64,000 bases of DNA from Planctomycetota bacterium (lineage in GTDB: Bacteria; Planctomycetota; UBA1135; GCA-002686595): assembly GCA_016795205.1 (NCBI GenBank), contig JAEUHZ010000045.1, forward strand, positions 1 to 64,000, written 5' to 3'. Positions 9,026-19,770 of the stretch are shown here, in pieces. Below the pieces are notes generated by a model. It had not been told where the DNA came from and did no database searches. It saw only the letters and a list, made by a program, of their open reading frames with translations. How positions within the stretch are numbered: the stretch's first letter is position 1; every line of letters begins with the position of its first letter. Position numbers and translations under genes: made by a program.

Positions 9026-9744
9026 CCAGAACTCCGGATCCGGGTCCCGAGGTTCTCGCCGCGCACGACGCGTTCGAGGTTGCCCTCTTCGAACATGTTG
9101 AAGACGACGACGGGCAGGCCGTTCTCCATGGCGAGGGTGATCGCCGTGCCGTCCATGACCTTCAGGCCGCGCGCCAGCACGTCCATGTAGGTGAGCTCCT
9201 CGAAGCGCTGGGCGCCGGCGACCCGCTTCGGGTCCGCGTCGTAGACGCCGTCGACCTTCGTGGCCTTGAGCAGCGCGTCGCACGACAGTTCGGTCGCGCG
9301 CAGCGCCGCCGCGGTGTCCGTGGTGAAGAACGGGTTGCCCGTGCCCGCGGCCAGGACCACGACGCGGCCCTTCTCGAGGTGACTCTCCGCGCGACGCCGC
9401 ACGAAGGGCTCGGCGACCTGCTGGATGCCGATGGCGGTCATGACCCGCGTCTCGAGGCCCTGCTGCTCGATGGCGTCGGACAAGGCCAAGCCGTTGATCA
9501 CGGTGCCCAGCATCCCCATGTAGTCGGCGCTGGCGCGATGGCCGCCGAGGCGGCTGAACTCGGCGCCGCGCAGGATGTTGCCTCCGCCGACGACGATGGC
9601 GACCTCGACCCCCAGCCGCGCGACCCGCGCGATCTGCGCCGCCACGCTCTGTACGGAGGCGGGGTCGAGCCCGTGTCCGCTCTCGCGCTCGCCCAGGGCC
9701 TCGCCGGACAGCTTGAGCAGGATGCGCTGGTACGGGGGAGCCAT
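9022..9744 (-). CDS. pyrH: UMP kinase
   Basis: 240 aa. YQRILLKLSGEAL, VVGGGNILRG, VLAAGTGNPFFTTDTAAALRA are canonical amino-acid-kinase/UMPK motifs. Confidence 0.9.
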   Translation of the reverse strand: MAPPYQRILLKLSGEALGERESGHGLDPASVQSVAAQIARVARLGVEVAIVVGGGNILRGAEFSRLGGHRASADYMGMLGTVINGLALSDAIEQQGLETRVMTAIGIQQVAEPFVRRRAESHLEKGRVVVLAAGTGNPFFTTDTAAALRATELSCDALLKATKVDGVYDADPKRVAGAQRFEELTYMDVLARGLKVMDGTAITLAMENGLPVVVFNMFEEGNLERVVRGENLGTRIRSSG

Positions 9745-9839
9745 CGCGGCCGCTCAGGCTAGGAAACACGACGGGCCGCCGGCAAGCGCCAGCGGCCCGC
9801 GGTTCGCGCTCCAGCGTGCTCGAAGTGCTGCTCGCCGCC

Positions 9840-10694
9840 TCACTTGCCGATGCGGACGTGCGTGAAGCCGGCGATCTTCGAGCCAGCGCCCAGACGCTCC
9901 TCGACGACCTTGGCCACGGTCTTCGAATCGTCGAAGACCCACTTCTGCTCGGGGAGCACCACGTCGGCGAAGAACTTGTCCAGCTTGCCCTTGACGATCT
10001 TCTCGACCATCTCGGCCGGCTTGCCCTTGACCTCCTCGACGTAGATCGCGCGCTCGCGCTCGACCTCGGCGGCCGGGATCTCCTCGCGCGAGATCGAGAG
10101 CGGGGCCGGGACCTTGGAGACGATGTGCATGCACAGCTCCTTGAGGAACGGCGCAGCCACGTCCTCGTCGGCGCCGGTCGTCACGGAGACCAGCGCGGCC
10201 TTCTTCTTGTCGTGGTGCACGTACGTGCCGACGCGGCCCTGCATGTTCTCGTAGCGCTGCATGCGCGCCACCTGGGTGTTCTCGCCCAGCTTGCCGACGA
10301 ACAGCTTGATCGACTCGCCGAGCGACACCCCGGTCTGGGGATGCTGCAGGTCGAGCAGCGCCTCCGTGCTGGCCGGGTTGCGATCGGCGACGGAGTGGAC
10401 CAGGGCGCCCAAGAGGTCGTTGAAGTCGGCCGTGTTCGCCACGAAGTCCGTCTCGCAGGTCAGCGCCACGAGCGCTCCGATGCGCGACTTGGGGGCGATC
10501 CAGGTGGCGATCCGGCCCTCGCCCATCTCGCGCGCGGACTTCTTCTCGGCGGTCTTGAGGCCCTGCTTGCGCAGCCAGTCGATCGCGGCCTCCTCGTCGC
10601 CGGCCGCCTCGGCCAGCGCCTTCTTGCATTCCATGAGGCCGGCGCCGGTGCGCTCGCGCAGCCGGCGGACCATGTCGGACGTGATCTCGGGCAT
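9840..10694 (-). CDS. tsf: Elongation factor Ts
   Basis: 284 aa. N-terminal UBA-like ITSDMVRRLRERTGAGLMECKKAL and EF-Ts dimerisation domains. Confidence 0.9.
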   Translation of the reverse strand: MPEITSDMVRRLRERTGAGLMECKKALAEAAGDEEAAIDWLRKQGLKTAEKKSAREMGEGRIATWIAPKSRIGALVALTCETDFVANTADFNDLLGALVHSVADRNPASTEALLDLQHPQTGVSLGESIKLFVGKLGENTQVARMQRYENMQGRVGTYVHHDKKKAALVSVTTGADEDVAAPFLKELCMHIVSKVPAPLSISREEIPAAEVERERAIYVEEVKGKPAEMVEKIVKGKLDKFFADVVLPEQKWVFDDSKTVAKVVEERLGAGSKIAGFTHVRIGK

Positions 10695-10715
10695 GGGAGT
10701 CCTTCCTTCCTCGGC

Positions 10716-11567
10716 TCAGGCGCTCTCGCCTTCGGTCTCGCCGCCGCGCCCGCGGCCGCCGCGACCGCCGCGGCCTTCGGGCAGGCGGTTGCCGCGCGTG
10801 GGGCGCGGCTCGTCGCCCGGCACGCCGGCCAGCACGCCGTCCTCGCGCTTCTCGGCGACGCCCATCGAGGCCATGCGTTCGCGGTGGTTGGCACTACCCT
10901 CCTCGACGGAGCGCACGAGCATGTCGACCAGGAGACGCACCGACTTCAGCGCGTCGTCGTTGCCCGGGATCACGATGTCGACCGTCGTCGGGTCGCAGTC
11001 CGTGTCGAGCAGGCCGATGATGACCAGGCCCATCTTGCGCGCCTCCTTGACCGCGTTGATCTCACGGCTCGGGTCGACGACGACCATGGCGCCCGGCATG
11101 CCGGTCATCTCGCGGATGCCGCCCAGGTTGCGCACGATCTTGCGACGCTCGCGGCGCAGGCTCGAGAGCATCTTCTTCGAGTACTGCGAGTCGTTGCCCT
11201 GCTCCTCGATCTTCTCCAGCTCCTCCAGGCGCTTGAGGCGCGAGCGGATGACGGAGAAGTTCGTGAGCGTGCCGCCGATCCAGCGCTCGGTGCAGATCGG
11301 CATGCCGGTGCGCTGCCCGGCATCCTGGATCACGCCCTTCACCTGGCGCTTCGTGCCGACCCACAGGATCGTGCTGCCCTCGGCGGCCATGTGGTAGAGC
11401 ACGTTCTGCGCGCGCAGGATGCCCCGCAGGGTCTCGCGCAGGTCGATGATGTGGATGAGGTTGCGGCGTCCGTGGATGTACGGAGCCATCTTCGGATTCC
11501 ACCGCGACACGCGGCATCCGAAGTGCACACCTGCATCGATGAGCTGTTGGACGTTGACGGTTTCCAT
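10716..11567 (-). CDS. rpsB: 30S ribosomal protein S2, with a Gly/Arg-rich C-terminal tail
   Basis: 283 aa from METVNVQQLIDAGVHFG. Tail ...RGGRGGRGRGGETEGESA. Start chosen at the conserved METV rather than the upstream MSPRHSTAHP. Confidence 0.9.
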   Translation of the reverse strand: METVNVQQLIDAGVHFGCRVSRWNPKMAPYIHGRRNLIHIIDLRETLRGILRAQNVLYHMAAEGSTILWVGTKRQVKGVIQDAGQRTGMPICTERWIGGTLTNFSVIRSRLKRLEELEKIEEQGNDSQYSKKMLSSLRRERRKIVRNLGGIREMTGMPGAMVVVDPSREINAVKEARKMGLVIIGLLDTDCDPTTVDIVIPGNDDALKSVRLLVDMLVRSVEEGSANHRERMASMGVAEKREDGVLAGVPGDEPRPTRGNRLPEGRGGRGGRGRGGETEGESA

Positions 11568-11860
11568 GGGATGAGCGGTGCTGTGCCGCGGGGACACCGC
11601 GGCCGGCGATCACGCGGCCGGGGCTCCGGCTCGGGCGACCTGGCCGGGGAACGAGCGCCCGGCCGCGCTTCCCCTCCTCCCGCGGGCGGCGCGCGGGACG
11701 CGTCGCCCGTCTCCGGCGCGGTCCGAGCCGCGTCCGGGCGGAAAATGGGGCCAGGAGTGTAGCGGCGCGGCCCGGGCGGTCAACGCGCGCCGCCGGGCGA
11801 CCCTCTGCGGCCGGAGTAGACTTGCGGGGATGGGCCCCGCTCGCCCGCCCCACCGGACCC

Positions 11861-12784
11861 ATGCGATCGCCGACCACCGTCCTGCTCCTCGACCATCGCG
11901 GGACGGGTCTGGCCCAGCGCCTGGCGGCCCTGGGGCGCGACGGCTGGCGCCTCGAGAGCTGCGAGACCGTGCGCCGTAGCCTGGAGCGGCTGGCCGGCCC
12001 GCCGCCGTCCGCGATCGTCCTCGACCCGCTCGTCGAGGGTGGCGCGCAGGAGCTCGAGGCGCTGGATCGCGCCGGCGCGTCGGCGGTGCCGCTGCTGCTC
12101 CTGTCGGACCCTGCGCGCGTCGGGCTGGCGCTCGACGTCCTGGGGCGCGAGCCGGCGCGCGTCGCCGACCTGGCGCACCGCGACGCCGAGCCCGAGGAGA
12201 TCCGCGCGCGCCTCGAGCGGCTGCTCTCCGAGGCCGCGGCCCGCGCCGAGCTGCTCGAGCTGCGCCACCGCGCGCTGTACGACGACCGCACCGAGCTGCT
12301 GCGGCCCGAAGCCTTCGAGCGCCGCCTGGCGGAGCACTGGTCCGCGGCCGAGCGCCACGGGCACGAGCTGGCGCTGGTGGTCCTCGACCTCGACCGCTTC
12401 GGCCAGTTCAACAAGCGCTACGACCACACGGTCGGCGACCGCGTGCTGTCGCGCGTCAGCGCCGCCATCCGCTCCGCGCTGCGCACCGAGGACGTGGCCG
12501 GGAGGCTGGGCGGGGACGAGTTCGGTTGCGTGCTGCCCTACACGAAGAAGGCCGATGCCGCCCGCGTCGTGCAGCGCCTGCGCGAGCGGATCCGGGCCGT
12601 CTCCGGCCGCGTGGACGGCCTGGACCTCGACATCAGCGCCAGCCTCGGCTTCGAGACCTTCGACGGGCGCGACCTGGAGAGCGTCGACGTGCTGCGCCGC
12701 CACGCCGAGAGCGCGCTGCGCGAGGCCAAGCGCCGCGGAGGCGACCGCGCGCTGTACTACCGGCTGCTGCCGCCGGCCGGCTGA
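11861..12784 (+). CDS. GGDEF diguanylate cyclase with an N-terminal receiver-like region
   Basis: [11 protein letters not shown] matches the GGDEF active-site motif. An upstream DxD-type Mg site ([15 protein letters not shown]) is present. The N-terminal ~120 aa is REC-like (TVLLLDHRG...). Divergent from rpsB. Confidence 0.75.
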   Translation: MRSPTTVLLLDHRGTGLAQRLAALGRDGWRLESCETVRRSLERLAGPPPSAIVLDPLVEGGAQELEALDRAGASAVPLLLLSDPARVGLALDVLGREPARVADLAHRDAEPEEIRARLERLLSEAAARAELLELRHRALYDDRTELLRPEAFERRLAEHWSAAERHGHELALVVLDLDRFGQFNKRYDHTVGDRVLSRVSAAIRSALRTEDVAGRLGGDEFGCVLPYTKKADAARVVQRLRERIRAVSGRVDGLDLDISASLGFETFDGRDLESVDVLRRHAESALREAKRRGGDRALYYRLLPPAG

Positions 12785-12852
12785 GGCGCGCGCCCGCTCC
12801 TGCGGTGTCGCGCGCCGACGCCTCGCGCCTCGCGTTCGCGGCGGAGGGCGCG

Positions 12853-14055
12853 TCAGCGCGACTGCGCGCGGAGCAGCACGAGGCCCAGCCAGTTGGCCCG
12901 ATCCCCAGCGAAGCCGTCCGAGGTCGGGTCGGCCACCAAGGCCAGCTCGCGGGCGCCCAGGACATCGAGCGTGAACGGCACGGGCGCGTCGCCCGCGCGC
13001 AGCACCGGGCTGACGAAGGCCTCCCGCCCGTCGAGCAGCACGCGGAACACGCACGAGCCGCGCGTCGCGAGCCTCTGCACCTCGTCGTCCACCGCGACCG
13101 CGCCGGAGAGCCGGGCCTGCGACCCGTCGAGCTTCCAAGCGACCCGGCTCGGCGCGTGCACGCCGAGCCCGCGCGGGTGGCGCACGCCGCCAGCGCGCAG
13201 CGGCCCGCCGTCCACGCTGCGATCGGTGCGTGCGCGCCAGACCATGCCCAGGTCGTCCCCGAACGGGCGCGACGAGCCATCCTCCACCGGGGGCAGGCTG
13301 GCCAGGAAGGCCAGGCTGCCGTCGTCGCGCGCGATCTGGAGCACGGCCTGCAGCGGGATGCGCAGCACGGCGCCCTGACGCTCGAAGTCCACGGCGCGCC
13401 CGCGCACGCCGCGCAGCGCGCCGCGCACGCGGCTGCCGTCGGCCAGGTCGAGCACGACCGGCACGGTCCCCGCGGCCGGAGCATCGGGCGCGGCGCCGAG
13501 CGGCTCGATGAACAGCGCGGCCACGCTGCGCCAGGGGATCGCGATCGTGCCGACCAGCTCGCCGTGGAAGCGCACGCCGGCCTCGCTGAAGCCCTCGACC
13601 GCGCCATCGATCCGCTCGACGCCTCCGGCTTGCGCGCGGTAGATGCGGTCGCCCTCCGCCGCCGGCTCGACGCCCACCGCACCCACGAGCCGCGACTCGA
13701 AGCGCAGGGCCTGCAGCCGCTCGAGGTCGACGGGCAGCACGAGCCCCTCGGCCAGCCGCAGCTCGAAGCGCTCGCCGCCGCCGCCGGTCAGCGCGCCCAG
13801 GAAGCGCTCGCCGCCGGCGAGTTCGACCGTCGCGGCGTCGGCCGCCGGGGCCGCCGGCGCGGGGCCGCCTTCGAAGCGCACGAGCGCCGCCCGGAACGAG
13901 GCGGGGTCCGGGACCTCGAACTCCCCGAGGGGCACGCGGGTCTCGGCTCCGTCCGCGGCCATGACCACTGCGCGCGCCGTCGGCAGGCTGGCAGGGGTGG
14001 ACGCAGGGGCCTGGAGGACGAGGGCCAGGACGGCGCAGGCCGAGAGCGGACTCAT
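12853..14055 (-). CDS. Hypothetical secreted protein with a C-terminal NPCBM-like (putative carbohydrate-binding) domain
   Basis: 400 aa. Signal peptide [20 protein letters not shown]-terminal ~150 aa ([16 protein letters not shown]...AVAVDDEV...CVFRVLLDG) resembles the NPCBM/NEW2 beta-sandwich. Lies in the lower end of an artefactual 1407-aa ORF that is antisense to groEL. Confidence 0.45.
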   Translation of the reverse strand: MSPLSACAVLALVLQAPASTPASLPTARAVVMAADGAETRVPLGEFEVPDPASFRAALVRFEGGPAPAAPAADAATVELAGGERFLGALTGGGGERFELRLAEGLVLPVDLERLQALRFESRLVGAVGVEPAAEGDRIYRAQAGGVERIDGAVEGFSEAGVRFHGELVGTIAIPWRSVAALFIEPLGAAPDAPAAGTVPVVLDLADGSRVRGALRGVRGRAVDFERQGAVLRIPLQAVLQIARDDGSLAFLASLPPVEDGSSRPFGDDLGMVWRARTDRSVDGGPLRAGGVRHPRGLGVHAPSRVAWKLDGSQARLSGAVAVDDEVQRLATRGSCVFRVLLDGREAFVSPVLRAGDAPVPFTLDVLGARELALVADPTSDGFAGDRANWLGLVLLRAQSR

Positions 14056-14178
14056 GGGGCGGATCCTAGTGCGTCGCTGGCGCGCGCGCAGGGAGGAGTC
14101 GCGCCAACTTGGCAGGACCCCGGGGCCGAGGATTGCCGACCTGCCACACAGGCAGCCGGGATGCACGCCGAGCCTGAC

Positions 14179-14208
14179 CCTAAGCTCTTGCTGGCAAAGG
14201 GGCTTAGG
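14179..14208 (+). promoter_or_regulatory. Nested palindrome CCTAAGCTCTTGCTGGCAAAGGGGCTTAGG in the groEL1 leader (putative operator, not CIRCE)
   Basis: Outer 7-bp inverted repeat CCTAAGC/GCTTAGG encloses an inner TTGC..GCAA repeat, ~130 nt upstream of the groEL1 ATG. The canonical CIRCE TTAGCACTC-N9-GAGTGCTAA is absent. Confidence 0.25.
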
Positions 14209-14337
14209 TGTGCAGCCCCCGACGGCATCGAACTTGCTGTCGGGCGCGCACACGGCGTTCCACCGCTCCCCGCCGCCGGCGGCGGGTCCGACGAGCGAGC
14301 GCCGCCCCCAGTCGTCCCAGGCTTCGAAGAGATTCTC

Positions 14338-16008
14338 ATGGCCAAGCAGATGGTGTTCGAGACCGACGCGCGCGACGCAGTCCGGCGCGGCGTCGAGAAG
14401 CTCGCCAAGGCGGTCGTCACGACCCTCGGTCCCCGCGGTCGCAACGCAATCCTCGACAAGGGTTGGGGCGCACCCACGATCACGAAGGACGGCGTCACCG
14501 TCGCCGAGGAGATCCAGCTCCAGGATCCCTACGAGCACCTCGGGGCACAGCTCGTCAAGGAGGTCGCGAGCAAGACCAGCGACGTCGCTGGGGACGGCAC
14601 GACCACCGCGACGCTCCTGACCGAGGCCATCTTCACGCAGGGCCTGCGCGCCGTGACGGCCGGCGCCCATCCGGCGCGCCTGACCCAGGCGATCAAGGAC
14701 GGGGCCGCCGCCGTGTGCCAGAAGCTCGACGCTGCGGCCAAGAAGGTCGGCAAGAACGAGGAGATCCGCCAAGTCGCGACGATCTCGGCCAACAACGATC
14801 CCGAGGTCGGCCGACTCATCGCCGACGCGATGGAGAAGGTCGGCAAGGACGGCGTCATCACCGTCGAGGACGGCAAGACGCTGACGACCGAGGTCACGGT
14901 CGTGGAAGGCATGCAGTTCGACCGTGGCTTCCTCTCGCCGCACTTCGTCAACAGCCCCGAGACGATGGAGTGCGTGTACGACAAGCCCCTCATCCTGGTC
15001 TACGAGTCGAAGATCTCGTCGCTCGCCAAGCTCCTCCCGCTGCTGGAGAAGGTCAAGGCCGCCGGCCGGCCGCTGGTCATCATCGCCGAGGACATCGAGA
15101 GCGAGGCGCTCGCCACGCTGGTCGTGAACAAGCTGCGCGGCGTGATCCAGACGGTCGCCGTGAAGGCCCCCGGCTACGGCGATCGCCGCAAGGCGATGCT
15201 CGAGGACATCGCCGCGCTCACGGGCGCCAAGGCGGTCATGAAGGATCTCGGGATCGACCTCGACAACCTGACGATCCGTGACTTGGGCACCGCCAAGAAG
15301 GTCACCGTCGACGGCGACAACACCACGATCGTGGGCGGCGCAGGCGACAAGCAGGACGTGCAAGCGCGCGTCGAGCAAATCCGCGCGCAGGTCCAGGAGA
15401 CGACCTCGGACTACGACCGTGAGAAGCTCCAGGAGCGCCTGGCCAAGCTCACCGGCGGCATCGCCCAGATCAACGTCGGCGGCGCGACGGACACCGAGGT
15501 CAAGGAGCGCAAGGCCCTGATCGAGGATGCGCTGCACGCCACGCGTGCAGCGATCGAGGGCGGCGTCCTGCCGGGCGGCGGCACCGCGCTGCTGCGCGCG
15601 CGCTCGGTCCTCGCGGGCCTCCGGACGGAGCAGGACGAGGACTACGACATGGGCCTCGACATCCTGCACGAGGCGCTGGCCCGTCCGATCCAGCAGATCG
15701 CCCAGAACGCAGGGAAGGACGGCGCCGTCGTGGCGCACCGCGTCTTGCGCGAGAAGAAGGAGACCTGGGGCTACGACGCCTTGCGCGGCGAGTTCGGCGA
15801 CATGCTGGCGCTGGGCATCGTCGACCCGGCCAAGGTCACCAAGGCCGCGCTGAACAACGCGGTCAGCGTCGCGACGCTGCTGCTCACGACCGACGCGCTC
15901 ATCGTCTCCAAGCCCGAGCCCAAGAAGGCCGCCAAGGGCGGTCCGGGCGGGGAAGACATGGACGGCATGGGCGGCATGGGCGGCATGGGCGGTGGCATGG
16001 ACTTCTGA
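14338..16008 (+). CDS. groEL: Chaperonin GroEL (paralogue 1, with C-terminal GGM repeat tail)
   Basis: 556 aa [15 protein letters not shown]...[11 protein letters not shown]...ends [23 protein letters not shown]. No groES ORF in the 280 nt upstream. Confidence 0.95.
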   Translation: MAKQMVFETDARDAVRRGVEKLAKAVVTTLGPRGRNAILDKGWGAPTITKDGVTVAEEIQLQDPYEHLGAQLVKEVASKTSDVAGDGTTTATLLTEAIFTQGLRAVTAGAHPARLTQAIKDGAAAVCQKLDAAAKKVGKNEEIRQVATISANNDPEVGRLIADAMEKVGKDGVITVEDGKTLTTEVTVVEGMQFDRGFLSPHFVNSPETMECVYDKPLILVYESKISSLAKLLPLLEKVKAAGRPLVIIAEDIESEALATLVVNKLRGVIQTVAVKAPGYGDRRKAMLEDIAALTGAKAVMKDLGIDLDNLTIRDLGTAKKVTVDGDNTTIVGGAGDKQDVQARVEQIRAQVQETTSDYDREKLQERLAKLTGGIAQINVGGATDTEVKERKALIEDALHATRAAIEGGVLPGGGTALLRARSVLAGLRTEQDEDYDMGLDILHEALARPIQQIAQNAGKDGAVVAHRVLREKKETWGYDALRGEFGDMLALGIVDPAKVTKAALNNAVSVATLLLTTDALIVSKPEPKKAAKGGPGGEDMDGMGGMGGMGGGMDF

Positions 16009-16065
16009 TCCCCAGCCGCACCCCACCTCCAGCCCACACACCACCGACACGAGAACTCCCCCACC

Positions 16066-17670
16066 ATGGCCAAGCAAATCCTGTTCGACGACAACGCGCG
16101 CCAGAAGATGCGCGCCGGCATCGAGAAGCTCGCCAAGACCGTGCGCGTCACGCTCGGTCCCGCGGGCCGCAACGTGATCCTCCAGAAGTCCTTCGGCGCC
16201 CCGTCCGTCACGAAGGACGGCGTCAGCGTGGCCAAGGAGATCGAGTTGGAGGACCCCTTCGAGAACATGGGCGCGAAGCTCGTGCTCGAGGTCGCCAACA
16301 AGACGAACGACGTGGCCGGCGACGGCACGACGACGGCCACGGTCCTGGCCTCGGCGATCTTCAACGAGGGTCTCAAGCACCTCGCCACGGGTGTCAACAC
16401 GATCGCCCTGCGAAACGGCATCGACGCCGCGGTCGAGACCGCGGTCGAGTCCATCAAGGGCCAGGCCAAGAAGGTCAGGTCGCGCGACGAGAAGGCGGCC
16501 GTCGCCGCCATCTCCGCCAACAACGACCGCGCGATCGGCGAGATGCTGGCCAGCGCCTTCGAGAAGGTCGGTGACGAGGGCGTGATCACGATCGAGGAGA
16601 ACACCGGCCTGGAGACCACGGTCGAGGTCGTCGAGGGCATGGAGTTCGACAAGGGCTACCTGTCGCCCTACTTCGCGACGGACCTCACGAAGCTGACCTG
16701 CGAGTTCGAGGATCCCTACATCCTGATCTTCGACAAGAAGATCTCGTCGGTGCGCGAGTTCCTGCCCGTGCTGGATGCCGCCGTGCGCACCGGCCGCCCG
16801 CTGCTCGTGATCGCCGAGGACCTCGAGGGCGAGGCGCTCGCGACGCTGGTCATCAACCGGCTCAAGGGCGTCCTCAACGTGTGCGCGGTGAAGGCCCCCG
16901 GCTTCGGCGACCGTCGCAAGGCCTACCTGGGCGACATCGCGGTCCTGACCGGCGGTACGGCCATCACCGAGGAGCTGGGCCTGCCGCTCGAGAAGGTGAC
17001 GGCCGAGCACTTCGGCTCGGCCAAGCGCGTGCGCATCACGAAGGACGCCACGACGATCGTCGGCGGCAAGGGCCACAAGAAGACCATCGAGGAGCGGATC
17101 GCGCAGATCGACGTCCAGATCAAGGCCACGAAGAGCGACTACGACAAGGAGAAGCTCGAGGAGCGCAAGGCCAAGCTCAAGGGCGGCGTGGCGGTCATCA
17201 AGGTCGGCGGCAAGACCGAGGCCGAGATGAAGGCCAAGAAGGACCTGCTGGAGGACGCGCTGAACGCGACGCGCGCCGCGATCCAGGAGGGCATCGTGGC
17301 TGGCGGCGGCGTGGCGCTCCTGCGCGCGGCCGACGCCGTGCGTGCGCTGAAGCTCCCGGGTGAGGAACGCTTCGGAGCCGACATCGTCGAGAAGGCCCTG
17401 GAGGCGCCCTTGCGTCAGATCGCCGCGAACGCCGGCGAGAACGGCGCGGTCGTGGTCGAGAACGTGCGCGAGGCGGGCAAGTCGAGCGGCTACAACGCCC
17501 TCACCGGCGAGTACGTCGACATGTTCAAGGCGGGCATCATCGATCCGGCCAAGGTCGTGCGTTGCGCGCTGCAGAACGCGGCCTCGATCTCGGGCCTCCT
17601 GCTCACGACCGACTCGATGGTCACGGAGATCAAGGACGAGAAGCCGCGCGTCGAAGGCTCGATGGCCTGA
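16066..17670 (+). CDS. groEL: Chaperonin GroEL (paralogue 2, lacks GGM tail)
   Basis: 534 aa [15 protein letters not shown]...[11 protein letters not shown]...ends KPRVEGSMA. Separated from groEL1 by a 57-nt CA-rich spacer. Confidence 0.95.
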   Translation: MAKQILFDDNARQKMRAGIEKLAKTVRVTLGPAGRNVILQKSFGAPSVTKDGVSVAKEIELEDPFENMGAKLVLEVANKTNDVAGDGTTTATVLASAIFNEGLKHLATGVNTIALRNGIDAAVETAVESIKGQAKKVRSRDEKAAVAAISANNDRAIGEMLASAFEKVGDEGVITIEENTGLETTVEVVEGMEFDKGYLSPYFATDLTKLTCEFEDPYILIFDKKISSVREFLPVLDAAVRTGRPLLVIAEDLEGEALATLVINRLKGVLNVCAVKAPGFGDRRKAYLGDIAVLTGGTAITEELGLPLEKVTAEHFGSAKRVRITKDATTIVGGKGHKKTIEERIAQIDVQIKATKSDYDKEKLEERKAKLKGGVAVIKVGGKTEAEMKAKKDLLEDALNATRAAIQEGIVAGGGVALLRAADAVRALKLPGEERFGADIVEKALEAPLRQIAANAGENGAVVVENVREAGKSSGYNALTGEYVDMFKAGIIDPAKVVRCALQNAASISGLLLTTDSMVTEIKDEKPRVEGSMA

Positions 17671-17749
17671 GACGGCCGGTGGCGACGAACAAGGGCGGCG
17701 GCGGGTGCAACGCCGCCGCCCTGCGCGCTTCCCGACCAGGGCGGACAGG

Positions 17750-18856
17750 ATGAGCGAAGAGCGCGACTACTACGAGGTCCTCGAGGTCGACCGCAAGGCC
17801 AACGAGGACGAGATCAAGAAGGCCTACCGCAAGGCCGCGATGAAGTACCACCCGGACCGCAACCCGGGGGACAAGCTCGCGGAGGAGCGCTTCAAGGACG
17901 CGGCCGAGGCCTACTCGGTGCTCTCGGACCCCGAGAAGCGCGCGCGCTACGATCGCTTCGGCCGCCAAGCCTTCGGCTCGGGCGGCGGCGCCGGACCGAC
18001 GTTCACGAACGTCGAGGACATCTTCGAGGCCTTCGGCGGCTCGATCTTCGGCGACCTGTTCGGCGGTGGCCGCCGCCGCGCCGGTCCCCAGTCCGGTCGC
18101 GACTTGCGGATCGAGCTGGCGCTGTCGCTCGAGGAGATCGACACGGGGGTCGAGAAGCGCGTGGATCTCAAGCGGCGCGAGCTGTGCGCGCCGTGCAAGG
18201 GCAGCGGCGCGCAGCCGGGCACCGAGCCCCTACCCTGCAAGCAGTGCGGCGGCCGCGGGCAGGTCTACCGCAACCAGGGCTTCTTCACGATGGGCCTGGT
18301 GTGTCCCGCTTGTCGCGGCGCGGGCAGCACGATCGCCAGCCCTTGCGGCGCCTGCAAGGGCGCGGGACGCACCGAGGCCAAGGTCGAGATCAAGATCGAC
18401 GTGCCCGCCGGGGTCGAGGACGGCATGCAACTGCGCGTGACCGGCGAGGGCGACGCCGGCGATCCGGGCGCGCCGCGCGGCAGCCTGTATTGCATCGTGC
18501 GCGAGAAGGAGCACCGCATGTTCCAGCGCGACGGCGCCGACGTCATGTGCAAGCTGCCGTTCTCCTTCACGCAGCTCGCGCTGGGCGACGAGGTCGAGGT
18601 CCCGACCTTGCGCGGGCGCGCTCGGATGACGATCCCGCCCGGGACTGCCAGCGGCAAGGTGTTCCGCTTGCGGGGACAGGGAGTGCCGCAGATCGACGGG
18701 CGCGGGCGCGGCGACCAGCTCGTGCACGTCCAGGTCGAGGTCCCGACCAAGCTCGACGCGCGCCAGAAGGAGCTCCTGCGGGAGTTCGCCGAGCTGGAGA
18801 GCAAGCACTCGGGGGACAAGTCCTTCTTCGAGAAGATCGCCAGCTACTTCTCCTGA
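17750..18856 (+). CDS. dnaJ: Chaperone DnaJ
   Basis: J-domain with HPD (KYHPDRNPGD), G/F-rich linker, four CxxCxGxG zinc-finger repeats (CAPCKGSG, CKQCGGRG, CPACRGAG, CGACKGAG) and a C-terminal domain. Confidence 0.95.
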   Translation: MSEERDYYEVLEVDRKANEDEIKKAYRKAAMKYHPDRNPGDKLAEERFKDAAEAYSVLSDPEKRARYDRFGRQAFGSGGGAGPTFTNVEDIFEAFGGSIFGDLFGGGRRRAGPQSGRDLRIELALSLEEIDTGVEKRVDLKRRELCAPCKGSGAQPGTEPLPCKQCGGRGQVYRNQGFFTMGLVCPACRGAGSTIASPCGACKGAGRTEAKVEIKIDVPAGVEDGMQLRVTGEGDAGDPGAPRGSLYCIVREKEHRMFQRDGADVMCKLPFSFTQLALGDEVEVPTLRGRARMTIPPGTASGKVFRLRGQGVPQIDGRGRGDQLVHVQVEVPTKLDARQKELLREFAELESKHSGDKSFFEKIASYFS

Positions 18857-18860
18857 AGCC

Positions 18861-19388
18861 ATGACCGAGCACCACGACATCAGCACCGTCCCCGACGAGC
18901 GCCCCATCGAGGAGCGCCTCGCGTCGGCCCTCGCGGAGCGGGACGAGGTCCACCGCAACTGGCAGCGCGCGCTGGCGGACTACCAGAACTTGCGCCGGCG
19001 CCTGGCGAGCGACGTCGAGGACGCCGTGAGACGCGGCAAGCGGGCGCTCGTGACGGATCTGCTCCTGGTGCTCGACTACCTCGACATGGCACTGGCCGCG
19101 CCGGCCTCGAACCCCGAGACGGCCGCGCTGCGGGCCGGGGTCGAGCTGACGCGCGGCCAGTTGTGGTCCGCGTTGGAGAAAGAGGGCGTGTCCGTCGTGC
19201 GCGAGAGCGGGGCGTTCGATGCCGCCTGGCATGAATGCGCCGAGCGCGTCGCGACGGCCGAGGCGGCCGCGGGCACGATCCTGCGTGTCCTGCGGCGGGG
19301 TTACGCCTGGCAGGGCACCGTCCTGCGACCGGCGCAGGTGCGGGTGGCAGCCGCGCCCGCCGGCGAGTCCATCGGCCAGGAGTCCTGA
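18861..19388 (+). CDS. grpE: Nucleotide exchange factor GrpE
   Basis: 175 aa with GrpE coiled coil (NWQRALADYQNLRRR) and C-terminal beta domain. Located 4 nt after dnaJ. Confidence 0.85.
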   Translation: MTEHHDISTVPDERPIEERLASALAERDEVHRNWQRALADYQNLRRRLASDVEDAVRRGKRALVTDLLLVLDYLDMALAAPASNPETAALRAGVELTRGQLWSALEKEGVSVVRESGAFDAAWHECAERVATAEAAAGTILRVLRRGYAWQGTVLRPAQVRVAAAPAGESIGQES

Positions 19389-19392
19389 GACC

Positions 19393-19767
19393 GTGCCCAC
19401 CTACGACTACGTGTGCGGCGCGTGCGGTCACGCCCTCGAGATCTTCCAGTCGATGACCGAGGCGCCCAAGCGCAAGTGCCCGGCCTGCGGCAAGTCGAAG
19501 CTCGAGCGGCGCATCGGCGCCGGCGCCGGCTTCCTGTTCAAGGGCGCGGGCTTCTACCTGACCGATTACCGCTCCAAGTCGTACGCGGAGGGCGCCAAGC
19601 AAGAGAGCGCCGCGAGCGGCGAGCCCAAGCCGTCCGAGGCGCAGTCGAGCGCAGCGCAGGCGCCGGGGTCGAAATCGTCGGAGTCGAAGGCCGACGCCAA
19701 GCCACCCGCGAAGGGCGAGGCGCGAGCGAAGCCGCGCCGCGCGGGCGGCCAGCCACCGCGGGAGTGA
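19393..19767 (+). CDS. FmdB-family zinc-ribbon protein (GTG start)
   Basis: (V)PTYDYVCGACGHALEIFQSMTEAPKRKCPACG is the CxxC...CxxC FmdB signature. Ser/Ala/Lys-rich disordered tail. Confidence 0.8.
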   Translation: MPTYDYVCGACGHALEIFQSMTEAPKRKCPACGKSKLERRIGAGAGFLFKGAGFYLTDYRSKSYAEGAKQESAASGEPKPSEAQSSAAQAPGSKSSESKADAKPPAKGEARAKPRRAGGQPPRE

Positions 19768-19770
19768 GGC

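Noticed and set aside
14056-14337. Search for a CIRCE/HrcA operator (TTAGCACTC-N9-GAGTGCTAA) or groES upstream of groEL1
   Set aside because: No match to CIRCE within two mismatches was seen by eye. There is no cpn10-like ORF. Only the non-CIRCE palindrome reported above is present.
12853-17076. 1407-aa minus-strand ORF overlapping both groEL genes, and the 1160-aa plus-strand ORF 12526-16008
   Set aside because: The minus ORF is antisense to two near-universal groEL genes. Only its lower 400 codons (NPCBM-like protein) are coding. The plus ORF is real only from the groEL1 ATG at 14338.
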